This document shows, one piece after another, positions 28,354 to 42,700 of a DNA stretch of 64,000 bases (within the stretch, counting starts at the first letter, position 1; each line of letters opens with the position of its first letter). This DNA is from Octopus vulgaris (taxonomy: Eukaryota), in the NCBI GenBank assembly GCA_951406725.2, contig OX597819.1, positions 86,056,001 to 86,120,000 on the forward strand, read 5' to 3'. The translations under genes were made by a program, and so were the position numbers. The notes below the pieces were generated by a model. It searched no databases. It saw nothing but the letters and a program-made list of their open reading frames with translations, and was not told where the DNA came from.

Positions 28354-31300
28354 CTGGAAAATATTTGAAAGAAACGATTTGTAAAATTTTGATTTTGTTA
28401 AATCATTCCACTGATGATTGTTTTCACATTAGCATATATTGATAAGGAATCAAATTATGATCACTATCATTAGATATGTAAACACGAATTAACAACAGAA
28501 CAAATCCATTTTCTTTTTTTTTTTTGCAATTTTCATAGATACATTATTTGGTTTGGTAACAGTGACGAAATGCAAATCAATATAAATTCTCTTAAATTTG
28601 GGGATAAAAATAATTATCTTTATTATTGGATATGTAAACAAGATAAATGCGGTAGAGGAGTCGCTTGCACGCTGGGAAAGGTGCTCAGCGGCATTTCGTT
28701 TGTCTTTACGTTCTGAGTTCACAGTCTGTTGATGTCAACTTTTGCCGTTCAACTCCTCTTTGTTATATACTTTTCGCTTCTACCACGAGAAATGTTATGT
28801 ATCGTTTTTATATTTACGTCATAACTGAACACCCTTTAGAAAGAGTTTCAAACGATGACTGTTTATGAGGAAATTTGGGCTTGCTTATGAATAAGGCAAA
28901 TTTCTCAGTTGTTTATCCTTGAAGATTGCTTAATATTATTCTAAATCTACTCTCTGTAAAACAAAAGGATAATTGCAATCGTCTCTGCAGACTATGATGC
29001 CTGAAATTAAAATCCTGGATTAAACTGCGAATTATTATTAACTGCATTGACTTCACGTATCGTGTAGATTGGAATTCGAAGATATAATACTGATATAATA
29101 TTACTCAGCTACGCTGGTAAAGGTTTAATAAATTTTAATACGCTCTACTATATACTTATTTTATATCAGAAAGATTATGTGACTAAGCTTTGACCCACAG
29201 CTGCAGCAGCGCCACTGCTGTTGGTGAACGAAGTACATTTGCGGCTCTACTGAGCTGTTGGTCATATAACGTTTTAATTACATATGAATCACACTTAATC
29301 GTTTATAATCCTATTATAAATGTTATGTTTATTACAGATTGTGTCTCCGTTATTGCTTCATAATTTAACGAAAACTATTACTCTGGTGTGTATAATAATG
29401 TCCTCGATGTCATTCCATAATTAATATATTGCTTTTTAAAGCATTACTGTAGCGAAATATTACAGATAACAATCAGCTATAACCTTCTTCGAGAAGTTTA
29501 TAACTTGGAACTATATTTACTCTGTGGTTAGTGAATGTTAGAGTAAAAGAAGTAAATTAGTGACGGATACGGACCGCTAACCTCTTTCGCTTTTTGAGTA
29601 ATTCAATTATTATACGCAAGTTCATTTAGCCGACTAATGTCTAACAAAGAAACAAGATTAGCAAATTCAGTCGTGAAGTAAGGGGAATTATAGAGAACAA
29701 GTTGGATTGCCAAAGTTATCCTTGATTGAGCTGAACTATGATAACTCTCCCTCATATTTAGGAATGTCTAGGAATATATAATGTAATTTGTCCCTCATAT
29801 CTTAAGACGGCGGATATAGTATGAGAGAGATTTAGCTGCTGTTTTTTGTAAGTCGGTTAAATGGTGAAACAAAAGCTTCTTCTGTGTTTTGTAAGGAATC
29901 TTAAATATTGAAATACAGTTTCAGCATTAGATTGGAATAATTTCATTTCACTTATGACTCTAATGCTTTTCTTTCATTGGTCGAACGAAACCATACTGCA
30001 GTGAATTCATCCAAACGTAAAGATACTCCTCTTTAGCCCCTGCTGAAGCGTGGTGCTAATACATTTCAATTTTGCAGTTGGAGTATCCGAGCCAATTCAT
30101 AGAGATGTTGTTGGGCAGTATGATGCCAAACATTTTTGGTATCTAATAATTGGAGGTAACAAACAAGACGATTATTCTCATAATGTTGTCTCTTGTCTTC
30201 GAATTCAACAACTGAAAAAATTTCAACTTTTTTTCTGGCAAAATAGCAAAAAGTAAAATATTTGTATAGCTATTATTTTTGTGAAGTCTTTGGAGATTAT
30301 ATTATTTAAAATGTCTACATATTTTCAGATAAATAATGTTGAGTCGCCAACGTAGAAATCGCTTTTATTATATCTAAAGCTTTCGAACAATCTAGTAGAC
30401 ATTAAGGTCGGGGTAAGGGAAGTGATGTCTTTACATGTGTGCAACGTCATTTCGGAACGGTTTTCTATAGATACAAAATGGAATGCATTAGAAACAAAAG
30501 TGAAATTATTCCAAACCAAAACACAGTTGATATCCGTGTCAAAGTGGAAGCCGAAATCAGGTCATTTGATTAACCTACCAGAAAGTTCAATAAAATATTC
30601 CTCAAATCACTCTATAAATGTGACGACGAAAACCCAAACTGGTTTATAATATTAAGTTTTGTTTCTAACACAGTCACAAAGCTAGAAATTTAGGGAGCGC
30701 ATTAGTCGATTAAATTGATTATAGTTCTTGATATTCGGCGACCAATGAAGGAGGAAAGGTAAATTTGTTAATGGGAAGTTTCATGTTGTTCTTAAATTCT
30801 TGATATGTGGTAAGAATGATAACATAGGGAAGACGATGTATTTGATCGAAATTTCCCTTCAAATGGTTTGTCTGAACTACATACTACTAAGAAATGTACA
30901 TCCAGCTACAAATATTGATTTCGAGAGATGAAAACGTTGGATGTTTGTTCAGATGACCGAAATATATTTCATTTAGATTATTGTTTAAATGATTCTGCCA
31001 GCGCACTGGCAGAATCATTAACCTCTTTTGTGGTTGTTCTTTTCGAATTCAAATTTCGCTGGGTTCAACTTTGCCTTTCATCCTTTCGGAGGTCGATAAG
31101 CTAAGTACTGTTCGAGTACGGGATAGATATAATCGACTTGCCCTTCTCTGAAAATTGCTGACCTTCTGCCAAAAATTAGAAAAAAATTATAATTTACTTT
31201 TTCCATTGAAATCATTTCATCGTGAACAAAGTTTCTTTGCTTTTAAAGTGGTGTATAACGTATGCGGTTTATAATAATAATCTGGATATTTGATCCTCAT

Positions 31301-31439
31301 AAAGAGACTTTAATTAAGTTTCAATTTAACTATAGATAGCTATTTCTATTTTCTTAATCAAAGAAATGCATTGAATTACTATATAAAATTTTATTGCTAT
31401 ATTGATTTTCCTTTGTGCATTACTACACACACACACACA

Positions 31440-31487
<48 letters not shown>

Positions 31488-31490
<3 letters not shown>

Positions 31491-31702
31491 TCTTTTCTCT
31501 CTTTTACTTGTTTCAGTCATTTGACTGTGGCCATGCTGGAGCACCGCATTCAGTCGAGCAAATCGACTCCAGTACTTATTCTTTGGAAGCCTAGTACTTA
31601 TTCTATCGGTCTCTTTTGCCGAACCGTTAAGTTACGGGGACGTAAACACACCAGCATCGGTTGTCAAGAAGTAATGTTGGGGGACAAAGACACACAAACA
31701 TT

Positions 31703-31743
<41 letters not shown>

Positions 31744-31899
31744 GACGGGCTTCTTTCAGTTTCCGTCTACCAAATCCACTCACAAGGCTTTGGTTGGCCC
31801 GAGGCTATAGTAGAAGACAGTTGCCCAAGGTGCCATACAGCGGAATGAACCCGGAACCATGTGGTTGGTAAGCAAGCTACTTACCACACAGCTACACCT

Positions 31900-31903
<4 letters not shown>
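31488..31903 (-). mobile_element. tRNA-derived SINE, family 1
   Basis: Same head and body as 5617-5991, with an internal (TA)n. Confidence 0.88.
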
Positions 31904-31934
<31 letters not shown>

Positions 31935-31937
<3 letters not shown>

Positions 31938-32304
31938 TATCAGTATCGCCCGGCGTTGCTCAGGTTTGTAAGTGAAATAACTATAAAGTATTTTTAGAGA
32001 GTTATAGCCAAAAAATAGCAAAAAAATGGAAAAAAAAAATGATGGTAAATTTTTTTTGAGTTAAAAAAGGTCGAGTTGCGTCCCCTAGACAGGCTGTGGT
32101 TTGTGTTTATGATTCTCGACCCCATGTCGAATTTATCGATTTTTTTCAGAACTGGGGGAACTTTTCAAAATTTTCGCTGCGTTAGTTTTGAATTATGACA
32201 TTGGGCTATGTGTGTGTCAAGTTTCATCAGAATCGGTTGAAAGCTGTGGTCAGGGTGAGGGTACAACCAAACAGACACACAGAAACAGACACAGACAAAC
32301 TGCC

Positions 32305-32310
<6 letters not shown>
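31935..32310 (+). mobile_element. Non-autonomous Helitron/Helentron-like element
   Basis: 5' TACT...GCCCGGCGTTGCTC and 3' AAGTTTCATCAGAATCGG...(ACAG)n...TTTATATA. A similar 3' end lies on the minus strand at about 15610-15725. Confidence 0.55.
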
Positions 32311-32366
<56 letters not shown>

Positions 32367-33472
32367 AATAATGTTGATTAATTGTTGATTAATTGTTGAT
32401 TAATTTTTCGCTAAAAACATTTCAATTCAAATAAAGATTTTTCTCTAGATATGACGTTCGTGCATTTCAAAAAATAAACAATGTTTTCATGTGGAAACGA
32501 AAACCACTTACCACTCAGCATCATTTTGTTGTTTGTTCCATTGGCTCAGCCAGTAGCTTTCAGTTTCCCTCCACAAACTAAGAGACATATTTTTTTTACC
32601 TCACAGGACTTGTTAAATTACGGATTGATACTGTAGGTATTCTGACTCATGATATTGTACTAAGCACAATTTCGGTTTCCTCTAAGTAGCTGACCTCGAC
32701 GTAGGTTGTGGAGAGTGGGCCGGCCAGCAAATAAGGCAGATAACAAAGGCCTTAATCACAGCCCTGGGCCACTGCCATTTCCGTTGGCAGGTCTCCACCG
32801 GAATACCACTTTCCTCTCTATCCTCTAATTATGGTAAACAGCCGGAATCATTGTATCTATATCGAGGCCTGGCCCAATTGCGGGCAGTAGAATGAAACCT
32901 TTGAAACTTCCCGAGTAATGTTGATGGTGGTGCAGTTACACCAATGACGGATTAGATCACATGAGTTTAGTGGCGCCGCATATATTCATAAGAATATAAC
33001 GAATATAACCCAGTTTCAATAAAAAGGATACAAGGGTCAATGTACTTTCTATTATACAAATAAGCGGATTGGTCATAGCTTAAAAGCTGTTTCCTTATAC
33101 GCCTATAAGCTCAAAGCAGATCTTGGGACGACGATAAAAACAACAACAATAATATCATAATTATCATTTATCAGATTTATTTCTAAAGAACTTTTTATTC
33201 AGGTATGAATTAAGACTAAAGAAAATGTTACACTTAGGGGAAAATTCAAATAAATTTTAAAAATTCATTATTATGTTGTTTGTAATTTTGAAAATTGATG
33301 CATAATAGATATTTTGATTATATGTAGAATACAGAAAATATATGAAAATAACTAAAGCTAAAATTTTATTTATATATATATATTTTTTATTTAGCATTTT
33401 CAATCAAACGCGTTGAATGTTGAAGCTTTTAAAATATATTCAAATAAAAGCAAAATTTTGAATTTTGAATTT

Positions 33473-33603
33473 TCATGTAAAAATGTTGTTCGGTGAGTAG
33501 ATAGTTATAATATATAGAATTAAAATTATTCCAAAGTTTGCATGAATCGTGCTTGAAATCGCCAAGACTTCAAAATCTTGCGGATTATATTTCACCAGAC
33601 CAC
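33473..33603 (-). CDS. CNTN: Contactin-like terminal exon B (proximal), GPI-anchor signal
   Basis: Acceptor ctttcctttcaaatattttccag. Phase-1 reading GGLVKYNPQDFEVLAISSTIHANFGIILILYIITIYSPNNIFT*: small-residue omega region, spacer and hydrophobic tail. AATAAA at 33391-33386 and 33370-33365. Confidence 0.82.
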
Positions 33604-34183
33604 CTGGAAAATATTTGAAAGGAAAGATTTGTAAAATTTTGATCTTGTCAAATTATTCAACTGGAGATAATTTTCACATTATCGTACATTGATAAGAAAC
33701 AAAATTATGATCACTATTATTAGAGATGTACACAAGAATTAATAACAGAACAAATCCATTTTTTGGCTATTTCCATGGATACTATATTTGATTTGGTAAC
33801 AAAGATGAAATGCAAACCAATATGAATTTTCTTAAATTTTGGGATAGAAATTATTATCATTATTATTGGATATGTAAACAAGGCAAATGCGGTAGAGGAA
33901 TCACTTGCATGCCAGACAATATGTTTCGCGGCATTTCGTTCTAAGTTCACATTCCGCGGATGTCGATTTTTGCCTTTCAGCCCTTCGGGTTCAATGACAT
34001 TTCAAGCAGTGGAAAACTGGGGGGGGGGGCGTTGTATGCGACTCACCTCTCTCCCAGAATTACTGGCCTCGGGTCAAAATTTGAATCCATTATTAGACAT
34101 GTACACAATAAATCAGAACAGAAGAAGAGCATTTTTGTACTGTATTTGATAATTAACATAGAATTCATAGAAAATATAGATTC

Positions 34184-34688
34184 TTAGTTAGTTAGTTAGT
34201 TAGTTAATTTGGCTCAAAAGCAAATAGCAAGGCCATGTAGGGGGACATGGAGTTAAGTACAGGGTGGTGTTCATGTAAAGAGTTCAGGCCACTTGAGGTC
34301 AAGGGAGGCTTTGAACAAAGCGGTCGTCGGCATCTTCACCATCTCGTCTGGCAGCTTGTTCCACGGATCCGCAACCCGGACGGAGAAAGCTCCTCTCCTT
34401 CGATTGAGATGAAATCGTCGCAGGTAGAGCTTTTCGGAATGACCCCGCAGCCGACGCTCTGGAGCAGGAGTGAAGAACAGCTCTTTCGAGAGGTTACACT
34501 TTCCGCTTATGATGTTGTGGGCGAGAATGAGATCACCACGGCGGCGGCGTTTTTCAAAAGAATAAAGGTCGAGCGTCCTCAGCCTTTCTTCGTAGGACAA
34601 ATTTTTGAGACCATGAACCAGGCGGGTAGCCAGCTTCTGGACTCTTTCGAGATGCTGTATGTCTTTGAGGAGATAAGGAGAAGAGGCT
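34184..34688 (-). mobile_element. 5'-truncated CR1-clade LINE 3' end
   Basis: SPYLLKDIQHLERVQKLATR...SYEERL..LDLYSFEKRRRRGDLI...LRGHS...FSVRV...WNKLP. (TAAC)n tail and a possible TCTTAG TSD. Confidence 0.9.
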
Positions 34689-35685
34689 CTTAGGGTTTTG
34701 GGGACAGAACAGTGTTATGATTGACGTCCAGTTACCCTTCCTTAATCAATAAAGAGTAGCTCTATCCGCGGACGTTCACGGTTATTTTCAAAACTATGAT
34801 TGTTAGAAGTTTCTGGACAACACAAAATTGCATAATTTCTTTTAAAATGGTAGTTTATCTGAAGAAACGTCTCAAGATGGTGTATAGCTCACATAGGTAG
34901 AAGAGAAAAGATAATATTCTTTATTATGTATTTATCACTTCTACCTCGAGAAGTGCTATTTAAAAAAACTTTATATCTACGTCAATAAGGAAATACACTC
35001 TTTAAAAAAAAGAGTTAAGAACGACTCTTTATGAGAAAATAGTGACTCATTTATGAATAAGGCAACGTTCTCAGTTGTTTATCCTTGAAAGTTGCTTAAT
35101 GTTACTCACAATTCTAAATCTACTGGAAATCGATTTCTCTCTAAAACAAAAGGGAAATTGCATTGCTTTCATGTGGAATTAAATTCCTGAATTCTTACTG
35201 TGAATTCTTCCCAACTTATTTCAATTCACGTATCGTGGAGATTAAAAATCGAAGATATAACGTCGGTATAATATCTCCCAGCTACATTCGTAAATATTTA
35301 ATAAATTTAAGTCTGCAATAATGAATACTTATTTATATATCAGTAAAGCACTTCTTACTGGATTTTAACCCATAGTTCTTGTGAATGAAGGAATAGTCTA
35401 ATAATATATGCAATCACACTTAATTTAAGACATTTACTTACTAGTCATTTTTATCTATTTACCTATTTTTTTACGATATATCTATAATGATACCCAGAAA
35501 CTAGGGTCCGTCTGTATTATGTCAGGTTGGAGATAGGAAGGATGGCTTCCCTTTGCAAATAATGATAAGGCACAGAAAGTGTATCGATAGCCAGCTGGAG
35601 TAGATGTCCTCCTGGGGCTACGAGCTACAGTAGCATCCACCCTTAAGGGTTAGCCACACTTAATGTACTTCACAGAGAGTTATGG

Positions 35686-35755
<70 letters not shown>

Positions 35756-35795
35756 TAACAATATAGAATAACCTTCTTTAGCCCTTAATTATAAG

Positions 35796-35829
<34 letters not shown>

Positions 35830-35832
<3 letters not shown>

Positions 35833-36118
35833 CGTGACCGACCAGGCTATCAGATGTTGCTACACATCGTTGGTCACAATGCGCTTCGCATTGTTTTAGC
35901 CTTCAAATGACGCCACCCCAATGGCTAAGCCAACAGAAGAGTGAGAGAAAGTTGTGGCGAAAGAGTACAGCAGGGATCGCCACCACCCCTGAAGGAGCCT
36001 CGTGGAGCTTTAGGTGTTTTCGCTCTATAAACACTCACAACGCCCGGTCTGGGAATCGAAACCGCGATCCTCCGACCGCGAGTCCGCTGCCCTAACCACT
36101 GGGCCATTGCACCTCCAC
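35830..36118 (-). mobile_element. tRNA-derived SINE, family 3
   Basis: Head GTGGAGGTGCAATGGCCCAGTGGTTAGGGCAGCGGACTCGCGG...GGTTTCGATTCCC. Related copy at about 59490-59675. Confidence 0.85.
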
Positions 36119-36665
36119 ATATATATATGTATATATATATATGTGCATATATATATATATATATATATGTATAAATATATATATATATATGTATATATAT
36201 ATTGTATGTATATATATATGTATCTATATGTATATATATATATATATATGTATGTATATATATATGTATCTATATGTATATATTTATATATATATATATA
36301 TATATGTACATATGTGTATATATGTATATATATACATGTATGTGTATATATATGTATGTATATATATATGTATGTATATATATATGTATATATGTATATA
36401 TATATATATATATGTATGTATATATATATGTATCTATATGTATATATTTATATATATATATATATATGTACATATGTGTATATATGTATATATATACATG
36501 TATGTGTATATATATGTATGTATATATATATGTATGTATATATATATGTATATATGTATATATATATATATATGTATGTATATATATATGTATATATGTA
36601 TATATATATATATATGTATGTATATATATATGTATATATGTATATATATATATATGTATATATGC

Positions 36666-36699
<34 letters not shown>

Positions 36700-36793
36700 T
36701 ATATACGTGTATATATGTATGTGTATATGTATGTATATATATATATATATATGTATGTATATATATATTCATGTATATATGTATGTATACATG

Positions 36794-36846
<53 letters not shown>
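36119..36846. repeat. (TA)n/TATG microsatellite with higher-order internal duplication
   Basis: Directly visible. The variant block GTACATATGTGTATATATG recurs at about 36306 and 36468. Confidence 0.97.
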
Positions 36847-36848
<2 letters not shown>

Positions 36849-38336
36849 ACTTATAATAACTTAGAAAGGTTTTGGCCAGTATTGGCCCAGGATATATATA
36901 TATATATACATTACGATGAAAGCTATTATTCCGTTAGTTACTGTTTGTTGATTTGGACTGTATTTTTGTGCTTTAAGAATTTATTTTAGGTTTAGTAGCA
37001 ATGTCTATCGGTTATGTTCTTTGCTCAGTCTATATGTATACAGCTCTATGTTGATAATTCTGTAGCTTATTGTTATTTTCCATTTTAAGTAATGGCAACA
37101 TCTGTTTTCGACTATATTCAATAATTTATTCTGAATATGTATAGTTCTCAAGTGTGTTTTAAGTTCTATGTTTCTTCGTTTGACTATGTCTTTGATTTCT
37201 CTGTTTTCTCTATTTTATGTTATGATTTCTATGCTTCGTTGCTATCAGTATGAAACGATTTGTACTTGAGATTTGATGTTCTTATATATGTGTTGCAGCA
37301 ATAAGCAGGTGTAGACATAATGGACATAGTGCGTTAATGTTTGGCCCATCCTTCTTATTATTTCTCAGGAATTATTTATGGGCTTAATACAGTTGATACC
37401 AAAACATGGAAAGATACTGTCCAGCTATCGAAACCACAATGATTTTCATTAGGCAGCTGAAGATTGGATGTATACATTTCATCTACTTGTTCACTGTGAA
37501 CCTTTATATTATATACACTTTATTGAAAATCTAGATCTTGTAAGGTTAAACTTATTTATGTAGCTCTGATTTCTTGGTTAATGGTATTTTTGCAGTATAT
37601 ATTATACGATACATTGATATTGTGTGATTGACCTTCATTGGGATTCTAATTCTGGTGAGGGTTTATGCTTGTTTAGGGATCTCTTGATTACAGATGTTTT
37701 GTGGTACAAATATACATTTATCTATGCATTTGTATGAAGATGCATGGTCTATTGCCTAAAGTGTTTTGTTCACGATTACAGGGTCGTGTTTTCGATTTCC
37801 GAACTAAGCGGTTCGTAGTGTTCTTGAGCAACAAACTTCATGTCAAGCTGAACCAGTTCAAATTCATTCAGCTGTAAATGAATGCTGTGATCTCGATCAC
37901 TTATATGTCATGGAAACCGAGTAACAGGTTAAATGTGCTCTAAAACTTGAGACTCTGCTTAGTTGCTTACATATACATGTTTGTAGTACCCAGAGGAATG
38001 TCTGATTTCGCTTTATGTAACAAGAAGTGCAACAATTAAAAGAAATAGTAGAGTGCTAAAGGGAATATTTTGAGATACTTTTTATGTCTCTTCATTTTAG
38101 TGTGACCCTTTCAATTCCACCGCAGTAGATTTTACTTTTCATCTTTCTGGATTAAATAAACAAGTATCAAGCAAATGCTGATCATTTTTGATAAGCAACA
38201 TCCTCACTCATAGATAATTTCCATCTTTGTGGCAACCCTAGGAGTCATTATTTATATAGATAAGGTTACTTCCCCCAAGAAGATTTAGCTTAAAAGGCTA
38301 AACTTAAAAATTAAAAAAAGTTTAATTTATACTTAC

Positions 38337-38511
38337 CAAGTGTGAAGTAAGTTAATTCACTTAATTTTCCATCTCCAGCTCCAGTGAAACCACATACTCG
38401 AAGTTTATATAAAACGTTCTTTTTCAGATTAGGGATAATTCCTGAGCTAACAACACCTACTTGAACGCATTTACTATAATCCATCATGTCGGTGACCTGC
38501 CAGGAGCATAG
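38337..38511 (-). CDS. CNTN: Contactin-like gene, exon encoding the second half of the last FN3 domain
   Basis: Acceptor ttccatttccag, 175 nt: LCSWQVTDMMDYSKCVQVGVVSSGIIPNLKKNVLYKLRVCGFTGAGDGKLSELTYFTL-G|GTAAGT (phase 1). The 'Y.LRV......GDG..S....F.LG' ending is typical of contactins. Confidence 0.9.
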
Positions 38512-40971
38512 CTGGAAATGGAACAGCAAAAGTTGAAACTGGTTTATCTCCTGTGCGGAAACATTATTCTGCACATTTTGATTGGCTTGATAAATGCATA
38601 AATTAAAACACTTTCGTCAAATGACATGCTCTCATAAATTCAAAACCAAAGTGTGGGTGAAAATATTATGTTTAGTGACAGTATCCCCGATCACTGTGAA
38701 ATTTGAACGCAAAAATTACTTAGGTGATTACTGAACTGAAACATCAACAGATTATTTACAATGATGCTGAAGATTCGATCTACACACCACTTAGGTAATT
38801 GATATGAAATGAATATTCATCGTTGTCACAGACTCCAATTTATAGAGCAGAATATAGCAGAGTATAGTAATTGTTTTGTTTATCGATCACAAAATGGTAG
38901 AAAGTAATTTGAGCCGACATTAATGTATTTGCTTTACTCAATACGTTACGACAACATTCGCTATAAGTATTACATATCTTTACTATATGGAACCCGAAAA
39001 ATGAAAAATAGATTCGAATTTGACACGATTCGCATTAATAATGTAAAGAGTCAAATTTATATACAGCCACATTTTGTATCCGGCGTTCAACTAATCCCAT
39101 TATTCACAGTCCTTGCAATATATTCTATAAAAACTAAATAGCCTTCCATAGAACGGAGAATAAGCATTGAGCAAAAAGGGAAAATAATATACAAAATCTG
39201 ATACTCTTTATTTTTAGATATACATACACGATGATCTGAATTATTGACTAGCGAAAAACTGTCTAGAATATATATATAATCTATAAATTTCATCGATTTA
39301 TAATTTTTAAATCTGTCTTTCTCTTATCTCTTAAATATTATTTTCATAGACGGTGATCAGATTTTTACTGCAGAAGGTAAACTCCCCACTTCCTTAACAC
39401 TTCTTTGTCAGTGTAGCTTCTAGTAGCTTCTAGAAAGTTTGGAGGAAACTACCTCCTTGTACGTACCAAAACTTACGCTGTAAGGCCAAGTTTTCCACTG
39501 ACATATTTAGATGTACACGTGTGTACAGGAAAATGTACCCGTCTCTTTTCCTGTTTTACACCAATCTTGGGAATATATATATATTTTTGAAATAGCAGTG
39601 ATTCTATTGTCACAGTAAGAATTTTGTTAATCATCTACAATAATAAATTTCAGAATTATAAAAAAAAATTAACTTCAGTATCTTGGTTACTATATGTCGG
39701 ATCATCTGTTTTTTGGATCACCACAAAACTTCTGTGGAATACTAGGAAGTGTATTTTAATATAGTGTTGCTCTGCTGGTAGAATTTTACAAGATCTAATA
39801 TCACGCTAAATGCTATACATATAACACCTATTAGCAATTATTTCTAACATTGGAACAGAACGACATTTATAGTAGTGAGATATTCTTGATCTACCTGATT
39901 TTAGTATACGAGAAATACTTATTTCATCAGCTCCAAATGGTTCAAATGAAAATGAGCATTGGTTTTATCTTAACCAACTATGTAGAGAAACGAATCGAAA
40001 TAGCATAGCCGATTTAACATGCCCAGAAAGACGGGTGTTAAAGTCATCTCTAGTGTAGTCAGAAATGAGACTAATTACTGCCAATAATTTATCAGGTAAT
40101 GTCATTGTTTCATTAATTCTTTACAAAATTGTTTTAATAGAAATATTTATTAATTCCTTCAATGACCCAAGCCTACGAAATCATACAAAAGCAAGGTTGA
40201 CCCTAATATAGTTTGAGTTCATGCAATATATGTACATGACTATATATTGCTATGTATTTTTCCCCAGTGGCGTTACTGTTTAGGCTTTACCAACTGTACT
40301 ATATTATTAATAATATAATATTAATAACAGCAACTAAAATTTGGAAGGCACCTTATCCAACATAGAAATGATGTTAACACTTCAGTTGAGAGCAATATCA
40401 TTTGCATGATTCTTATATATAATAAACATAAATAAAATAAAATAAATCAGCATCAGAAAAACTACATATAACGTTTTAAAACGAATGTTTTTACAAAATG
40501 TCTAAAAATGAATTTAAATTGAACACTAAACTTTCTTATACGAACTTGTAAATATAGATCTATGCAAAACGTACTAATGGCTAAAAGTGACGAATATCTT
40601 TTTTAAATGTCCTGTATTCTTACTAAAAGTGATTTCAGAAAAAACGCAATACTATAATCAGGAACTTCTATTTTATGATGTCTCAGTCGATGTTAAATGA
40701 TTATTTTTATCATCTTGAAATAGAGGAAGTGTAAAGACAGAAATTATCTTCTAAAAATAAACATTATTAAATGACGTATTGATCCATATTATGACATATA
40801 TTCAATAATTAACTTTAGTAACAAAAGGTCAGCGGTGGTGGTATTAAGAAGTTCCCTTTGCAACCGATGGTGCCGTAATTCACTTCACTCTGCAGTACTT
40901 AGTGTTTTCCGCTATAGACTCAGGCCGAGGAATGTGTCGGTGGAAACGGTGGAGAATGACCTGCATTTCAC

Positions 40972-41180
<209 letters not shown>

Positions 41181-41739
41181 ATCTACCTACTGACGTGTTG
41201 TCGCATCGGCTCCACAGGCAATCGTTTTTTTTTTCGATCTTTTATTGCACACATTTTGTTTTAAGGTTTGCACACAAGATGTATGAAGCACCCAACTTTC
41301 GTTTGAGTGTGATTTCAAAGTTGGCCCCTAGGGGCAGTTTTAACCCTATTTAAATTCCTATTTTTCTTCTCGACTTTGAAAAATGTCGTGAAATTTCATA
41401 GTAGAACGCTCGTCAAATTTGTTCATGGACCAACTTTTCCCTACCCTTGAAACGCAAGGAGGAAAAAAAGAATAACTTCTACACGCACACACACTCGAAT
41501 ACAACTATTTTCGGTAATCCATGAAGAAATATCTGTACAAATTAATGTAGAAAATATGTCTTTTAGTTACTTTTAACTTACTGCGTCATTCAGGCAAAAT
41601 ATCAAAATTTCCCCAACGATACTATTACATATCGTATCTTCCCAAAATTGACGAAATTTTCAAAATTTTGTCATCATTGTTTTGATAAATATATGCCTGA
41701 ATATTTTCTAGTAGATTCAAAGCTGAACTCTGACCTGGC

Positions 41740-42700
41740 CATGATATAATTTTCCAGCCATTCTTTGTTGTTTTGTTGCATTGACTTGTAGAAAAAAAAG
41801 ATTTCTATTTCTCCGGTAAATGATTTTTGGCAGCTAGACTTTTAATCTTCCCTCTAACAGTTCAAGGTATTCCAAGGTATTCACATTTTATAAGCTCAAT
41901 AAATGCTTGCTATCAAGCTGTCTCCATACCGTGATTTTACATTTTCTATATTTCTCAATTGTTGAAAAACTCTGTGAGACGAAGCTGACACGATTTCTGC
42001 AAAGATAATCTACTCTGGCATCATAGCAAAGCCAAATATTTATTCATTACACTGAAGGACCTTCTAAAACTCGTTTGAACCATACTTGTCATACTTGACC
42101 AAAAGTTGATTTGTCATCCATGTTTCCCTTGTTTAATTCAGGCTTTCTTGCAAAATATTTGCAGGGTAAAGCCAGCATACACTCTTGTAGTGGTTGTTCT
42201 GAAACCAGTTTCGTAATCAGTTGCTCTAAACTCTCTTGATTCTTTATGTAATATTTTAAACTATGTTATTCCCTGAAAAAACTATTGAGAAATTGCGGAT
42301 GTGGAGGAAGCTTTGCAGCGTTTGTAACAAACATCTATTTGAATTGCAATATAATCTACACGTTAACAAGCTATATTTCCAATAAAATAACAAAACAAAA
42401 TGGATCCCTTTTGGCCAAAGAGTGTGAATACAATTTCCAACCGATGTGACCGTCAATAATGATTTGCATAAAGAGATGCATCCTGAAAATGTTTGTTGTA
42501 TACTTTCTTATGGTATCTTTTCTTTAAGTTAATATTCTAAAATATCTTGAACTTAGAATGTGTTTGATATGGAGGCAAATGCTTGGTTAATGTTTGAAAT
42601 TGAAACGACTGATCAAATATTGTAATTTACAGCCTTTATTTTGACATCTCTGAAAGTAATTATCTGTTGTGACATTCAATATCATTGGACATTTATTTAA
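41740..42700 (-). mobile_element. Possible very old hAT transposase remnant
   Basis: Weak motifs SNINQAF/TKHL, CIHTL and TFWSSM..MV.RVLE in the expected order. Confidence 0.25.

Larger units (their letters stand above)
26810..29300. repeat. Diverged tandem segmental duplication, copy A (paralogous to about 32370-35425)
   Basis: Collinear shared blocks such as GATATGACGTTC, CCACCGGAATACCA, GCCTGGCCCAATTGCGGG, GAAATCGCCAAGACTTCAAAATC and TTCACGTATCGTG. A SINE at 27497-27882 is specific to this copy. Confidence 0.9.
32370..35425. repeat. Diverged tandem segmental duplication, copy B
   Basis: Same collinear blocks as 26810-29300. Carries a CR1 fragment (34184-34688) within a segment absent from copy A. 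Confidence 0.9.

Noticed and set aside
34247-34693. 148-aa plus-strand ORF
   Set aside because: Antisense shadow of the CR1 ORF2 fragment.
36040-36118. tRNA genes at A/B-box motifs (also 27780-27882, 44590-44666, 54731-55030 and 56127-56200)
   Set aside because: No complete cloverleaf, and each continues into a multi-copy SINE body.
36990-37700. Possible further Penelope remnants (also about 14750-15290 and 18600-19050)
   Set aside because: Only faint motif traces; too degenerate to support without a search.
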